32,000 nucleotides of DNA from Acaryochloris marina S15 (GCF_018336915.1 NZ_CP064923.1:4560001-4592000), one strand, 5' to 3'; positions 8,519 to 17,275 are shown, counted from the stretch's first letter. Notes: a model not told the origin generated them from the letters alone. Program-made: numbers and translations.

Positions 8519-9574
8519 TTGTCATCACTGCCTAAAGCCGATGTCGTCATAGTGGGTGGAGGGCCTGGCGGCACAGCGACAGCGATTCACTGTGCCCAAA
8601 AAGGTCTTCAGGTAACCCTCCTGGAACAAGCGGAGTTTCCCCGTTCCCATCCTGGCGAAACTTTACATCCAGGCATCGAACCTCTACTCAAGAAGCTGGG
8701 TGTCGCAGAGCAGGTGCTGAGCGCAGGCTTTTTGCGCCATCCAGGCCACTATATCGAGTGGCAAGGAGAACGGGAATTTCAGGCTTTTGGTGAAGATGAG
8801 CAGGGACCGTGGTTGGGGTTTCAGGCGATGCGATCGCAGTTTGATTCCCTTCTACTAGAACAGGCCCAAACGCTAGGAGTTCAGATTCTGCAACCCTGTC
8901 GAGCATTAGAACCGATTGTGAACCAGGGACAGGTGAAAGGCCTCAATACCACATTAGGTTCTATAGACGCCGCTTTTGTAGTGGATGCTGCCGGCAGTTG
9001 CCAATGGTTAGCTCGAAAACTGGGGATTAGAACCACACCTTATTCTCCTCCCCTAAAAGCCTATTACGGCTATGCGACAGGAGAATGCCCAGAGCGGGAC
9101 CAAGCCCCTTTAATCGCCTCTGATGCTGAGGGATGGACCTGGATTGCAAAGGTGGAACACCAACGCTATCAATGGACTCGATTGTCCTTTGATAGTCAAC
9201 CCGATGCCCATTGGCATCCTGAAGATTTAGCCGATCTCTTTCCGGAAGGCAAAGCGCGAGCCGTAGACGTTACCTGGCGACTCGTAAACCCCGCTGCGGG
9301 TCCCGGTTACTTTTTGGTGGGGGATGCCGCTGCAGTCTTAGACCCGGCTTCCTCCCATGGCGTTCTCAAAGCGATGACCTCCGGCATGATGGCAGCTCAT
9401 CTCATTGTGCAAAGTTTCCAACAAGGTGAACAGCTTCAACCGTCGCCAGCCAGCCGCTATTGTGCATGGCTGCGAACCAATTTTTACCATGACCTGATCC
9501 ATTTACAAGGATTTTACGCACCCATCCTATCCGCTCTCTCTTCTTCACCCACCTTACAATCGACATCTTTTTAA
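8519..9574 (+). CDS. FAD-dependent oxidoreductase (geranylgeranyl-reductase / flavin-halogenase-like superfamily)
   Basis: Dinucleotide fold VVIVGGGPGGTATAIHCAQKGLQVTLLE, a second FAD motif LVGDAAAVLDPASSHGV, and a partial WxWxIP-like GWTWIA. TTG start preceded by AGGAGG at 8504..8509. Confidence 0.8.
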   Translation: MSSLPKADVVIVGGGPGGTATAIHCAQKGLQVTLLEQAEFPRSHPGETLHPGIEPLLKKLGVAEQVLSAGFLRHPGHYIEWQGEREFQAFGEDEQGPWLGFQAMRSQFDSLLLEQAQTLGVQILQPCRALEPIVNQGQVKGLNTTLGSIDAAFVVDAAGSCQWLARKLGIRTTPYSPPLKAYYGYATGECPERDQAPLIASDAEGWTWIAKVEHQRYQWTRLSFDSQPDAHWHPEDLADLFPEGKARAVDVTWRLVNPAAGPGYFLVGDAAAVLDPASSHGVLKAMTSGMMAAHLIVQSFQQGEQLQPSPASRYCAWLRTNFYHDLIHLQGFYAPILSALSSSPTLQSTSF

Positions 9575-9710
9575 AAGGAGAGTTACCTAACTTGAATTGC
9601 GACTCTTAATAGCAATAACAAAGTTACCCCTCACTCATCAGCAGAAACCTAGATATTGATTTCTAGTGGGAACCCTAATCCATGTACTCGTTTCTGAAGG
9701 CGTTTGACTT

Positions 9711-10193
9711 GTGAATAGAGGAATCATATCCCGTTCTGCTGCTGTGATTGTTCCAGTTGCTCAGGCAGCAGAACGCCTTCACCTCAGTCATTTATTGCGA
9801 TGGATAGCGCTGATGGGCGTACGCGACTACCAACGCTACCTATCTCCCTACAAAGGATTCTCTTGTGCTCACAGACGGTTCTATGGGGGAATATCTTGCT
9901 CAGAATACTTTCGACGCTCAGTCCAGGATGATGGGCTAGCTGGTACGATACCTCGCTTTCAAAAGCGGTTGCGAGCCTGCAAAGGTGCGAGCCGCATCTT
10001 AAACGCAAGTTTGCCTAAATCTCAGAAACGTCGAAAGAAGCAAGAGTCCTGTGGGGATTGTGGTGCAGGATGGTGTGATAGTGCCTGCATTCCCCTAGAT
10101 ATTTGTGACGTATTTGAACTCTGCGATCTAGATTGTGATGTATTAGGCGGTTTAGATGGCTGTGGGGATTGCGGTGGATGTGACTGTGGCTAG
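9711..10193 (+). CDS. YidD-like (PF01809-like) protein with Cys/Asp-rich C-terminal tail
   Basis: LLRWIALMGVRDYQRYLSPYKGFSCAHRRFYGGISCSEYFRRSVQDDGLAGTIPRFQKRLRACKGA aligns by eye with E. coli YidD (LIRVYQRLISP..CRFTPTCSSY...RVLKCHP). A basic linker KSQKRRKKQE follows, then a 48-aa tail with 11 Cys and 10 Asp. The start is uncertain: GTG 9711 or GTG 9744. Confidence 0.6.
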   Translation: MNRGIISRSAAVIVPVAQAAERLHLSHLLRWIALMGVRDYQRYLSPYKGFSCAHRRFYGGISCSEYFRRSVQDDGLAGTIPRFQKRLRACKGASRILNASLPKSQKRRKKQESCGDCGAGWCDSACIPLDICDVFELCDLDCDVLGGLDGCGDCGGCDCG

Positions 10194-10353
10194 AAATATT
10201 GACCAGAGTTGTACTGAGCGACAAGGGGAACTCTGAGCCTAAAACCATCAATGGGGATTACATACAATGATGCAACCCCCATCTAATCAACCTGAAATCG
10301 ACTGGCTTCTTGTGATCAGTGATTTACATTCAGCGGTTATCTCACTAATCCTG

Positions 10354-10386
10354 TAATTGTTAAGGCTTAAGCAGCCTTAACAATTA
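10354..10386. terminator. 14-bp perfect hairpin at the convergent junction, overlapping the stop codon of the minus-strand gene
   Basis: TAATTGTTAAGGCT (10354..10367), loop TAAGC, AGCCTTAACAATTA (10373..10386). No clean U-tract on either strand, so its role as a terminator is uncertain. Confidence 0.4.
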
Positions 10387-10918
10387 ACGAAATATCCACA
10401 CGATCTTTACTAGGCTCTTCGACTAAAGCATTAATCCCAGGGCCGAAGAAGCTCGCAAATCGGTCTTCTTTCTTTTTCCAGTTTTCAAACGGGACGTAGG
10501 GCGTTTCAAATTCCAGGACTAAAGTATATGCGCCCTCAGTATTATCTTCGCGTAGCCCCACCAAAACGGGACATTCATCAACAAAACTGGGTTTGAGCCC
10601 CAAGCGGTCTAGGGCAATATCCAAGTGCACAGTTTGTCCATAGCGATAGCGAGTAACATCCTGAACCACTTGATTTAAAGTTGGTGTGGCTTGAGCTTCC
10701 CGTAAAGCCAACATTTCACTAGAAGGCTCTTCTTTAAAAGAAATAGGCTCAAGTTCAGCCGCTTTTAAGGCCAAAGCGCCCACCAACACAGGTACACCCA
10801 CAAAGAATGTGATCACATTCAGGGTCGTTTCATTATTGATGTACCCAGCCATTCCCAAGACAGAGAGAATGGTTCCAATAACTAAGCCAATGGTTGCGAC
10901 TGAAGTCCGGCGCAGCAT
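10367..10918 (-). CDS. Conserved cyanobacterial/plastid-lineage membrane protein (DUF2854-like)
   Basis: Two N-terminal TM helices, then a soluble domain with ATPTLNQVVQDVTRYRYGQTVHLDIALDRLGL, which I recall as DUF2854-like. GGAGG lies 5 nt upstream of the ATG. Confidence 0.55.
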   Translation of the reverse strand: MLRRTSVATIGLVIGTILSVLGMAGYINNETTLNVITFFVGVPVLVGALALKAAELEPISFKEEPSSEMLALREAQATPTLNQVVQDVTRYRYGQTVHLDIALDRLGLKPSFVDECPVLVGLREDNTEGAYTLVLEFETPYVPFENWKKKEDRFASFFGPGINALVEEPSKDRVDISLIVKAA

Positions 10919-10969
10919 AATACCTCCATAATCGGGTCAAGAAAAAAGTAGAATCGCCCACTCTTAAGA

Positions 10970-11461
10970 TTAACGGTAATTTGTAAACTGCAGGGCAACT
11001 GGCCAATCTTCTTGTTTTAGATTTTGCATGACTTGCTGTAAGTCATCCTTCGATTTGGAGGATACCCGGACAACCTCTCCCTGGATACTGGCTTGAACTT
11101 TTTTGTAGTCCGTGCGAATCAGTTTGGAAATTTTTTTCGCCAATTCGACATCAATACCCTTTTGGAGCTTAATGGCCTGTCGCACCCGGTTGCCGCTGGC
11201 TGATTCGATGGTGCCATAGTCAAAAATCTTCAGGGAAAGCTTGCGTTTAACTGCTTTAGTTTGCAGAACATTATGAACCGCATCCAGGGTAAATTCGCTA
11301 TCCGTACTGATCGTGATTTCAGTTGGATCTAGCTTGATCTCCGTTTTAGTATCTTTCAGATCGTAGCGAGCCTTAATTTCTCGATTGGCTTGATCAATCG
11401 CATTGACCAATTCCTGCCATTCAAATTCACTAACAATATCAAAAGAACAAGTTGCAGCCAT
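10970..11461 (-). CDS. yajQ: YajQ family (UPF0234) nucleotide/c-di-GMP-binding protein
   Basis: 163 aa. [39 protein letters not shown] is the typical YajQ N-terminus. Confidence 0.9.
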   Translation of the reverse strand: MAATCSFDIVSEFEWQELVNAIDQANREIKARYDLKDTKTEIKLDPTEITISTDSEFTLDAVHNVLQTKAVKRKLSLKIFDYGTIESASGNRVRQAIKLQKGIDVELAKKISKLIRTDYKKVQASIQGEVVRVSSKSKDDLQQVMQNLKQEDWPVALQFTNYR

Positions 11462-11756
11462 AATTTTCTCAACTGATTTGGAAAGTCTTACTTATGTATT
11501 TAATTGAGGTCCGAGGACCGGCTTTTCTGCTACTCTCCCGAATGACTGCCTCTGTCAGTGTTTAACTGAAGCCATTCCTACTCAACTCATAGGCAAAAAG
11601 TATCCGGTCTTGCAGAAGATTTTACCAAAAGTGACAGGTCTACTCTAGAATCAGCAACTTTCGATGATTCCCTCCACAAGTCGAACATTTTTTTGCGATG
11701 ATTGACACTGTAGAGCTTGCCTTTATTGGTTAGAAACTGAATTCAGAGGTTGGAGC

Positions 11757-13127
11757 ATGGGCATCGCAACAGTTAATCCGACAACCTTAGAAACACTTCA
11801 ATCTTTCTCAGCTCTTTCTCCTGAAACCATTCAATTAAAGTTAGCGCAATCTGAATCGGCATTCCAGTCCTATCGGCATACCAGCTTTGACGATAGACGC
11901 CAGTGGTTATTACGAGCTGCTGATATGTTGGAAAATCCTGACAAAAGTCAGCAATATGCTGCCCTAATGACCTTAGAAATGGGCAAACCGATTCAAGAAG
12001 CCCTGGGGGAAGTGAAAAAATGCGCTTGGGTCTGTCGATACTATGCAGAACAAGCCCCCCTATTTCTGGCTAGCCAGACCATAGAAACGGATGCCCAAGA
12101 GTCTTGGGTCTGTTATCAACCCCTGGGAATTATATTGGCGGTTATGCCATGGAATTTTCCCTTTTGGCAGGTCTTCCGGTTTGCTGCTCCAGCTCTGATG
12201 GCCGGAAATGTAGGCATCCTGAAACATGCCTCCAATGTCCCTCAATGTGCTTTAGCCATTGAACAAATCCTAGTAGAGGCAGGGTTTCCAGAAGGCGTAT
12301 TCCAAACTTTATTAATCTCTGCACAGCAAGTAGAAATGGTGGTTAAAGATGATCGGGTAAAAGCAGCAACCCTGACGGGGAGTGAACCTGCAGGAGCTAG
12401 TTTAGCGGCGATCGCAGGGAGTCAGATCAAAAAAACAGTCCTAGAACTGGGAGGCAGTGATCCCTTCATCGTCTTAGCTAGCGCTGATGTAGACGCAGCA
12501 GTTACCACGGCAGTGAAAGCGCGGATGTTGAATACAGGACAGTCCTGTATTGCAGCAAAACGATTTATTGTGGCAGATGCGATCGCAGATCAGTTTCAAG
12601 AAAAATTTGTTGCCGCATTTAGCAAGCTAACTCTAGGCGATCCCATGAGTCCCCAAACCGATGTCGGCCCCTTGGCGACCACAAGTATTCTTGAAGAACT
12701 AGAACAGCAAGTCCAAATTGCCGTTGCTCACGGTGCTCAAGTACTGCTTGGTGGCCAGCGGCCAGACTTACCTGGAAATTTTTACCAACCCACAATTCTG
12801 TCAGACATCACCAAAGACAACCCAATTTACTCGCAGGAATGCTTTGGTCCAGTGGCTCTAGTCTTTCGAGTTACTGATATGGAAGCCGCCATTACCCTAG
12901 CCAACGATAGCCCCTTTGGATTAGGGGCCAGTGCCTGGACCACAGATCCACAAGAGCAAGACCTCCTGATCAAGCACTTAGATGCAGGCGCTGTCTTTAT
13001 CAACGGTATGGTCAAGTCTGATCCCCGCCTTCCCTTTGGCGGCATCAAACGCTCTGGCTATGGCCGAGAATTAGGCATTCAAGGCATTCATGAATTCGTT
13101 AACATCAAAACCGTATGGGTGAAGTGA
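11757..13127 (+). CDS. gabD: NAD(P)+-dependent succinate-semialdehyde dehydrogenase (ALDH superfamily)
   Basis: ALDH motifs: catalytic Glu in [12 protein letters not shown], catalytic Cys in [12 protein letters not shown], and [17 protein letters not shown] lies 7 nt upstream of the ATG. The downstream ThDP enzyme gene starts 10 nt after the stop. Confidence 0.85.
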   Translation: MGIATVNPTTLETLQSFSALSPETIQLKLAQSESAFQSYRHTSFDDRRQWLLRAADMLENPDKSQQYAALMTLEMGKPIQEALGEVKKCAWVCRYYAEQAPLFLASQTIETDAQESWVCYQPLGIILAVMPWNFPFWQVFRFAAPALMAGNVGILKHASNVPQCALAIEQILVEAGFPEGVFQTLLISAQQVEMVVKDDRVKAATLTGSEPAGASLAAIAGSQIKKTVLELGGSDPFIVLASADVDAAVTTAVKARMLNTGQSCIAAKRFIVADAIADQFQEKFVAAFSKLTLGDPMSPQTDVGPLATTSILEELEQQVQIAVAHGAQVLLGGQRPDLPGNFYQPTILSDITKDNPIYSQECFGPVALVFRVTDMEAAITLANDSPFGLGASAWTTDPQEQDLLIKHLDAGAVFINGMVKSDPRLPFGGIKRSGYGRELGIQGIHEFVNIKTVWVK

Positions 13128-13137
13128 GCCATTTTTA

Positions 13138-14775
13138 ATGAATACAGCAGAATTGTTGGTCAAATGTCTGGAAAACGAAGGTGTTGAGTATATTTTTGGG
13201 TTGCCGGGAGAGGAAAACCTCCAAGTCCTAGAAGCCCTGCGAAACTCCTCTATCCAATTCATCACCACCCGCCATGAGCAGGGGGCTGCTTTTATGGCCG
13301 ATGTATACGGTCGATTAACCGGGAGAGCAGGGGTTTGCCTATCAACCCTAGGCCCAGGGGCCACCAACCTAATGACTGGCGTTGCAGATGCCAACTTAGA
13401 TGGAGCGCCCTTAGTTGCAATTACCGGACAAGTCGGCACCGATCGGATGCATATCGAGTCCCACCAGTATTTAGATTTGGTGGCTATGTTTAATCCGGTT
13501 ACCAAATGGAGCTCTCAAATTGTTCGTCCCAGCAATACCCCAGAAATTGTGCGGCGCGCCTTCAAACGAGCCCAGGCAGAAAAGCCCGGAGCCGTTCATA
13601 TTGATTTACCAGAAAACATTGCCGCCATGCCCGCTGAAGGCATGCCACTGCAGCAAGATAGCCTGATACGCAGCTTTGCCTCACCCCGCAATCTAGAGCA
13701 GGCAGCAGAAATGATTTCTCAGGCCACTAATCCTTTGATCTTAGTGGGCAATGGGGCGATTAGAGCCAAGGCTAGCGAGGCTCTCACCCAATTTGCAACC
13801 GAATTGAATATTCCCGTGGCCAATACTTTTATGGGCAAAGGGGTCATTCGCTATACCCATCCCTTAGCCTTATGGACGGTAGGATTACAACAGCGAGACT
13901 ATATTAGCTGTGGCTTTGATCGGACGGATCTCGTCATTGCCGTGGGCTATGACTTAATCGAGTTTTCTCCTAAAAAGTGGAATCCTGACGGCACCATTCC
14001 CATTGTGCATGTGGGGGCAGAGCCCGCTGAAATCGACAGTAGCTATATCCCTAAGACTGAAGTAGTAGGAGATATCTCTGATTCCCTAATCGAAATTCTC
14101 CGACGGGCTGATCGCCATAGCAAACCGGATCCCTATGGGGTCGAGCTTAGACCACAAATCCGAGCAGACTATGAGGAGTATGCCAGCGATGAACACTTCC
14201 CCCTACGCCCGCAAAAACTGATTTATGACCTCCGAGCAGTTCTCGCCTCCGAAGATATTGTGATCTCTGATGTCGGCGCTCACAAAATGTGGATGGCCCG
14301 TCATTACCATTGTGATCGGCCTAATACCTGTTTAATTTCTAATGGGTTCGCCGCCATGGGGATTGCTATTCCTGGTGCATTAGCAGCCAAATTAGTCTAT
14401 CCAGATCGCCATATTGTGGCTGTGACCGGCGATGGTGGCTTCATGATCAATATGCAGGAATTGGAAACAGCATTACGTCTCGGTGTTGCTTTCACCACAA
14501 TCATTTTCAATGATGGCGGGTATGGTTTGATTGAGTGGAAACAACAACAATATTACGGAGAAGCTTCTTTTATTAAGTTTGGCAATCCTGATTTTGTACG
14601 GCTTGCAGAAAGCATGGGACTCAAAGGTTATCGAGTAGAATCTAGTGCTGATTTTATGCCTTGTCTAAAGTCTGCATTGGCCCAAGACGTGCCAACAATT
14701 GTGGATTGTCCAATTGACTACAAAGAGAATTTAATGTTTAGTCAAAAATCAGGTGAGATTGCTTGTATTAACTAA
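13138..14775 (+). CDS. ThDP-dependent acetolactate-synthase-like enzyme, probable 2-oxoglutarate decarboxylase
   Basis: N-terminal Pyr domain MNTAELLVKCLENEGVEYIFGLPGEENL...RHEQGAAFMADVYGRLTG. ThDP-binding motif VTGDGGFMINMQELETALRLGVAFTTIIFNDGGYG. The functional call rests on adjacency to SSADH, as in Synechococcus PCC 7002. Confidence 0.75.
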   Translation: MNTAELLVKCLENEGVEYIFGLPGEENLQVLEALRNSSIQFITTRHEQGAAFMADVYGRLTGRAGVCLSTLGPGATNLMTGVADANLDGAPLVAITGQVGTDRMHIESHQYLDLVAMFNPVTKWSSQIVRPSNTPEIVRRAFKRAQAEKPGAVHIDLPENIAAMPAEGMPLQQDSLIRSFASPRNLEQAAEMISQATNPLILVGNGAIRAKASEALTQFATELNIPVANTFMGKGVIRYTHPLALWTVGLQQRDYISCGFDRTDLVIAVGYDLIEFSPKKWNPDGTIPIVHVGAEPAEIDSSYIPKTEVVGDISDSLIEILRRADRHSKPDPYGVELRPQIRADYEEYASDEHFPLRPQKLIYDLRAVLASEDIVISDVGAHKMWMARHYHCDRPNTCLISNGFAAMGIAIPGALAAKLVYPDRHIVAVTGDGGFMINMQELETALRLGVAFTTIIFNDGGYGLIEWKQQQYYGEASFIKFGNPDFVRLAESMGLKGYRVESSADFMPCLKSALAQDVPTIVDCPIDYKENLMFSQKSGEIACIN

Positions 14776-14935
14776 ACTTTTTTATCCAGAGTAGATAACC
14801 ATTTTCTTGAGTTTTGTGGGAAACGATCATTTTTAATTCCTCAGGGATTAGGATTTGATCGACCGCCCGGTTAGGATGGTAAAAAAATACAATCAGGTTT
14901 CACCCACCTGCTGCTCGATTATCATTCCGAAGTCT

Positions 14936-15949
14936 ATGAGTTCCTCTAGCGAACAGCCACCTAAGTCAACTCGTCACACCCAAAAGAAATCTGTTGATAT
15001 GGACCCCCAAACGGTGTCAGATGAACAGTCTAATGCTCCCATGGATGAGACTCAAGAGACTCATGTGGACGGTATGCAATTAAAAGGTCCACCCCGTCGC
15101 CCTGTAGCTAAAGCCCCCCCTCCTCCAGCTCCCGAGGTAGTCTCTGTAGAAAAAGAAGAACCGGCTGCGGATGTCGCTAGTGATGTACCTGAGACCCTAG
15201 GACAGCAACCCATTCCACCGCCCAGTGAGCCGATGCAATATCGGGCGATTGGGTTAATCAAGGGGAAGTACCGACCTTCAGAAGAGCAATTTAATCGAGG
15301 AGACCTGATTACAGAAGACGAAACCTACTTAGATGCGGTTTTGTTGGGTCAGGTGATGAGTCTGGTCAAAAAATATCTAGATTTAGAGCAAACCTACTTG
15401 TGGGTTGTTTATCCTCGGACACGCGAGAAAGAAGAAACGCTGCATATGCAGATTGTCGGCGTTTGGTCAACGGAAGGATTTGGTCCCGTGGCTGCGGCAG
15501 AAGAGTCTGAAACGCCTGAAGAACCAGCAGTGCCTGAAGAGCCTAGCCAGCTTGCTGCCCCTCTTCAAGATGGTTATTTTTCCATCCGGGGTGAGATTGT
15601 TTTCCAATCCACTGAGAGAAACTATTTATTGGTCAAAATTCAGCAATCTCCTCGAAAAAGTTCAGATCGCCCCAAAGCATTTAAGCTCAAGCTCACTGGC
15701 AGTCTAAAGGATAAAGCAATGGGCTATTTTTGGGACTTGCATGTACTGCGGCAAGGGGAAGAATTAACGATTTTAAATGGACAAAAAGTAGCGCTTGTAC
15801 CACCCAAACGCAAATCAAAACAAGAAAGAAGCGAGTCTCATAGTCCCCCCAGAAAGTTTAGCTCCCCTCGCCCCCATCAAACTTCGGACAAGCCTCGCCC
15901 AGTTGGCAAGCCCATTATTAAGCGCCGCTCCTCTCCAGAATCGGAATGA
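14936..15949 (+). CDS. Hypothetical protein with Pro/Glu-rich N-terminus and basic C-terminal tail
   Basis: The ORF is open from TTG 14855; I prefer ATG 14936 (MSSSSEQPP). It has low-complexity acidic/proline regions, two globular-looking blocks and a KR/SP-rich tail. I recognise no family. Confidence 0.6.
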   Translation: MSSSSEQPPKSTRHTQKKSVDMDPQTVSDEQSNAPMDETQETHVDGMQLKGPPRRPVAKAPPPPAPEVVSVEKEEPAADVASDVPETLGQQPIPPPSEPMQYRAIGLIKGKYRPSEEQFNRGDLITEDETYLDAVLLGQVMSLVKKYLDLEQTYLWVVYPRTREKEETLHMQIVGVWSTEGFGPVAAAEESETPEEPAVPEEPSQLAAPLQDGYFSIRGEIVFQSTERNYLLVKIQQSPRKSSDRPKAFKLKLTGSLKDKAMGYFWDLHVLRQGEELTILNGQKVALVPPKRKSKQERSESHSPPRKFSSPRPHQTSDKPRPVGKPIIKRRSSPESE

Positions 15950-16024
15950 TGGCATTTGAGCCACCAAACACTTACAACTCTCTAGAAGCTGCAGTGAGTA
16001 GGAGCTGGCCAGCGATACGCTGTG

Positions 16025-16061
16025 CCTGTCAAGATTCAAGTCTTTGTGAGACTTTGACAGG
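16025..16061 (+). terminator. Candidate terminator or structured element downstream of the Pro-rich protein gene
   Basis: CCTGTCA (16025..16031) pairs with TGACAGG (16055..16061). AAGTCT (16038..16043) pairs with AGACTT (16049..16054). There is a 6-nt bulge and a TTGTG loop. Only a weak T-rich tail (GCAATTTGGCTTTGTT) follows. Confidence 0.35.
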
Positions 16062-16099
16062 GCAATTTGGCTTTGTTAGTCTAGCTAAATCGTTCTGGA

Positions 16100-17275
16100 A
16101 TGGTTACTGGTGTGGATATTCAAATTGGCCGTGGCAAAACGGCACGTAGAGCATATGGAATTGACGAAATTGCCCTTTCACCAGGACAACGAACCCTAGA
16201 TCCACAACTGGCAGATACCCAGTGGCAAATCGGTGGTATTCAGCGGGAGATCCCCATTCTAGCGAGTGCGATGGATGGGGTCGTGGACGTCAAAATGGCA
16301 GTTCGTCTGTCAGAGTTAGGCGCTCTAGGTGTATTGAATCTGGAAGGAATTCAAACCCGTTACAGCGATCCAGAGCCCATTCTGGACAAAATTGCTGGGG
16401 TTGATGTGAATGGCTTTGTGCCACTCATGCAAGAACTCTACGCAGAACCCATCAAACCTGAACTAATTCGTGAGCGGATCACCCAGATCAAGTCTCAAGG
16501 AGGCATTGCAGCGGTGAGTGCAACCCCTGTAGGGGCCAGTCGATTTGGGCAAGCTGTGGTCGAAGCAGGTGCAGATTTATTTTTTATCCAAGCAACGGTC
16601 GTTTCCACTGATCACGTATCTCCAGAAAGTGTTACCCCCCTTGATCTGGCTAAGTTTTGCCAAGAGTTGCCGATACCTGTGGTCATGGGAAATTGTGTAA
16701 CCTACGAAGTCACTAAAAGCTTGATGCAGGCAGGTGCTGCAGCCGTCTTGGTGGGTATTGGTCCTGGTGCAGCTTGTACAACCCGAGGCGTATTGGGAGT
16801 GGGGGTTCCTCAAGCAACTGCAATCTCAGATTGTGCTGCCGCTCGGGATGACCATTTTCGCGAGACCAACCAATATATTCCGATCATTGCGGATGGGGGC
16901 CTGATTACTGGCGGTGACGTTTGCAAATGTATTGCCTGTGGTGCCGATGCGATTATGATGGGCTCACCCATTGCGAGAGCCACAGAAGCACCCGGGCGAG
17001 GATTCCACTGGGGGATGGCAACACCTAGTCCTGTGTTGCCCCGAGGGACACGGATTCGGGTCGGGACAACCGGTACCCTAGAGCAAATCTTGCGGGGACC
17101 GGCCCAATTGGATGATGGCACCCATAACTTCCTTGGATCCTTGCAAACCAGCATGGGTACCTTAGGCGCCAAAGACATTAAACAGATGCAGCAAGTGGAG
17201 GTGGTGGTTGCCCCATCTCTGCTGACAGAAGGGAAGGTCTATCAGGCTGCCCAAAAACTAGGTATGGGTAAATAA
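16100..17275 (+). CDS. GuaB3-type IMP dehydrogenase-related protein (no CBS pair)
   Basis: DIQIGRGKTARRAYGIDEIALSPGQRTLDP N-terminus, IMPDH active-site-loop-like GIGPGAACTTRGVLGVGVPQATAI, and IADGGL. GTG at 16112 is an alternative start. Confidence 0.85.
   Translation: MVTGVDIQIGRGKTARRAYGIDEIALSPGQRTLDPQLADTQWQIGGIQREIPILASAMDGVVDVKMAVRLSELGALGVLNLEGIQTRYSDPEPILDKIAGVDVNGFVPLMQELYAEPIKPELIRERITQIKSQGGIAAVSATPVGASRFGQAVVEAGADLFFIQATVVSTDHVSPESVTPLDLAKFCQELPIPVVMGNCVTYEVTKSLMQAGAAAVLVGIGPGAACTTRGVLGVGVPQATAISDCAAARDDHFRETNQYIPIIADGGLITGGDVCKCIACGADAIMMGSPIARATEAPGRGFHWGMATPSPVLPRGTRIRVGTTGTLEQILRGPAQLDDGTHNFLGSLQTSMGTLGAKDIKQMQQVEVVVAPSLLTEGKVYQAAQKLGMGK

Noticed and set aside
8374-8535. 53-aa + strand ORF (MRGMSAMALIDDVKRLCDGQRPAFDHH...) spanning the 16-bp hairpin and overlapping the flavoprotein start
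   Set aside because: There is no RBS. It is out of frame with the flavoprotein gene and overlaps it. Its codons are dictated by the palindrome, so a leader-peptide role is only a remote possibility.
10015-10251. His-rich 78-aa minus-strand ORF
   Set aside because: It is the antisense shadow of the Cys/Asp-rich tail of the YidD-like gene. The repetitive TGT/GAT codons create an open antisense frame.
10267-10356. 29-aa ORF MMQPPSNQPEIDWLLVISDLHSAVISLIL in the convergent spacer (possible small hydrophobic peptide or type I toxin)
   Set aside because: There is no convincing RBS or promoter. Its stop codon (10354..10356) is the first three bases of the terminal hairpin's 5' arm. I see no antisense RNA signature. 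It is too weak to call.
11702-11707. TTGACA hexamer upstream of the SSADH gene as a -35 element
   Set aside because: No acceptable -10 hexamer lies at 16-19 nt spacing (ATTGGT at best). The TAGAAT at 11646 is a better but still unproven promoter candidate.
15946-16149. 67-aa + strand ORF bridging the spacer and the guaB3-like start
   Set aside because: It overlaps the start of a well-supported gene in another frame. The Trp/Cys-rich sequence looks random.
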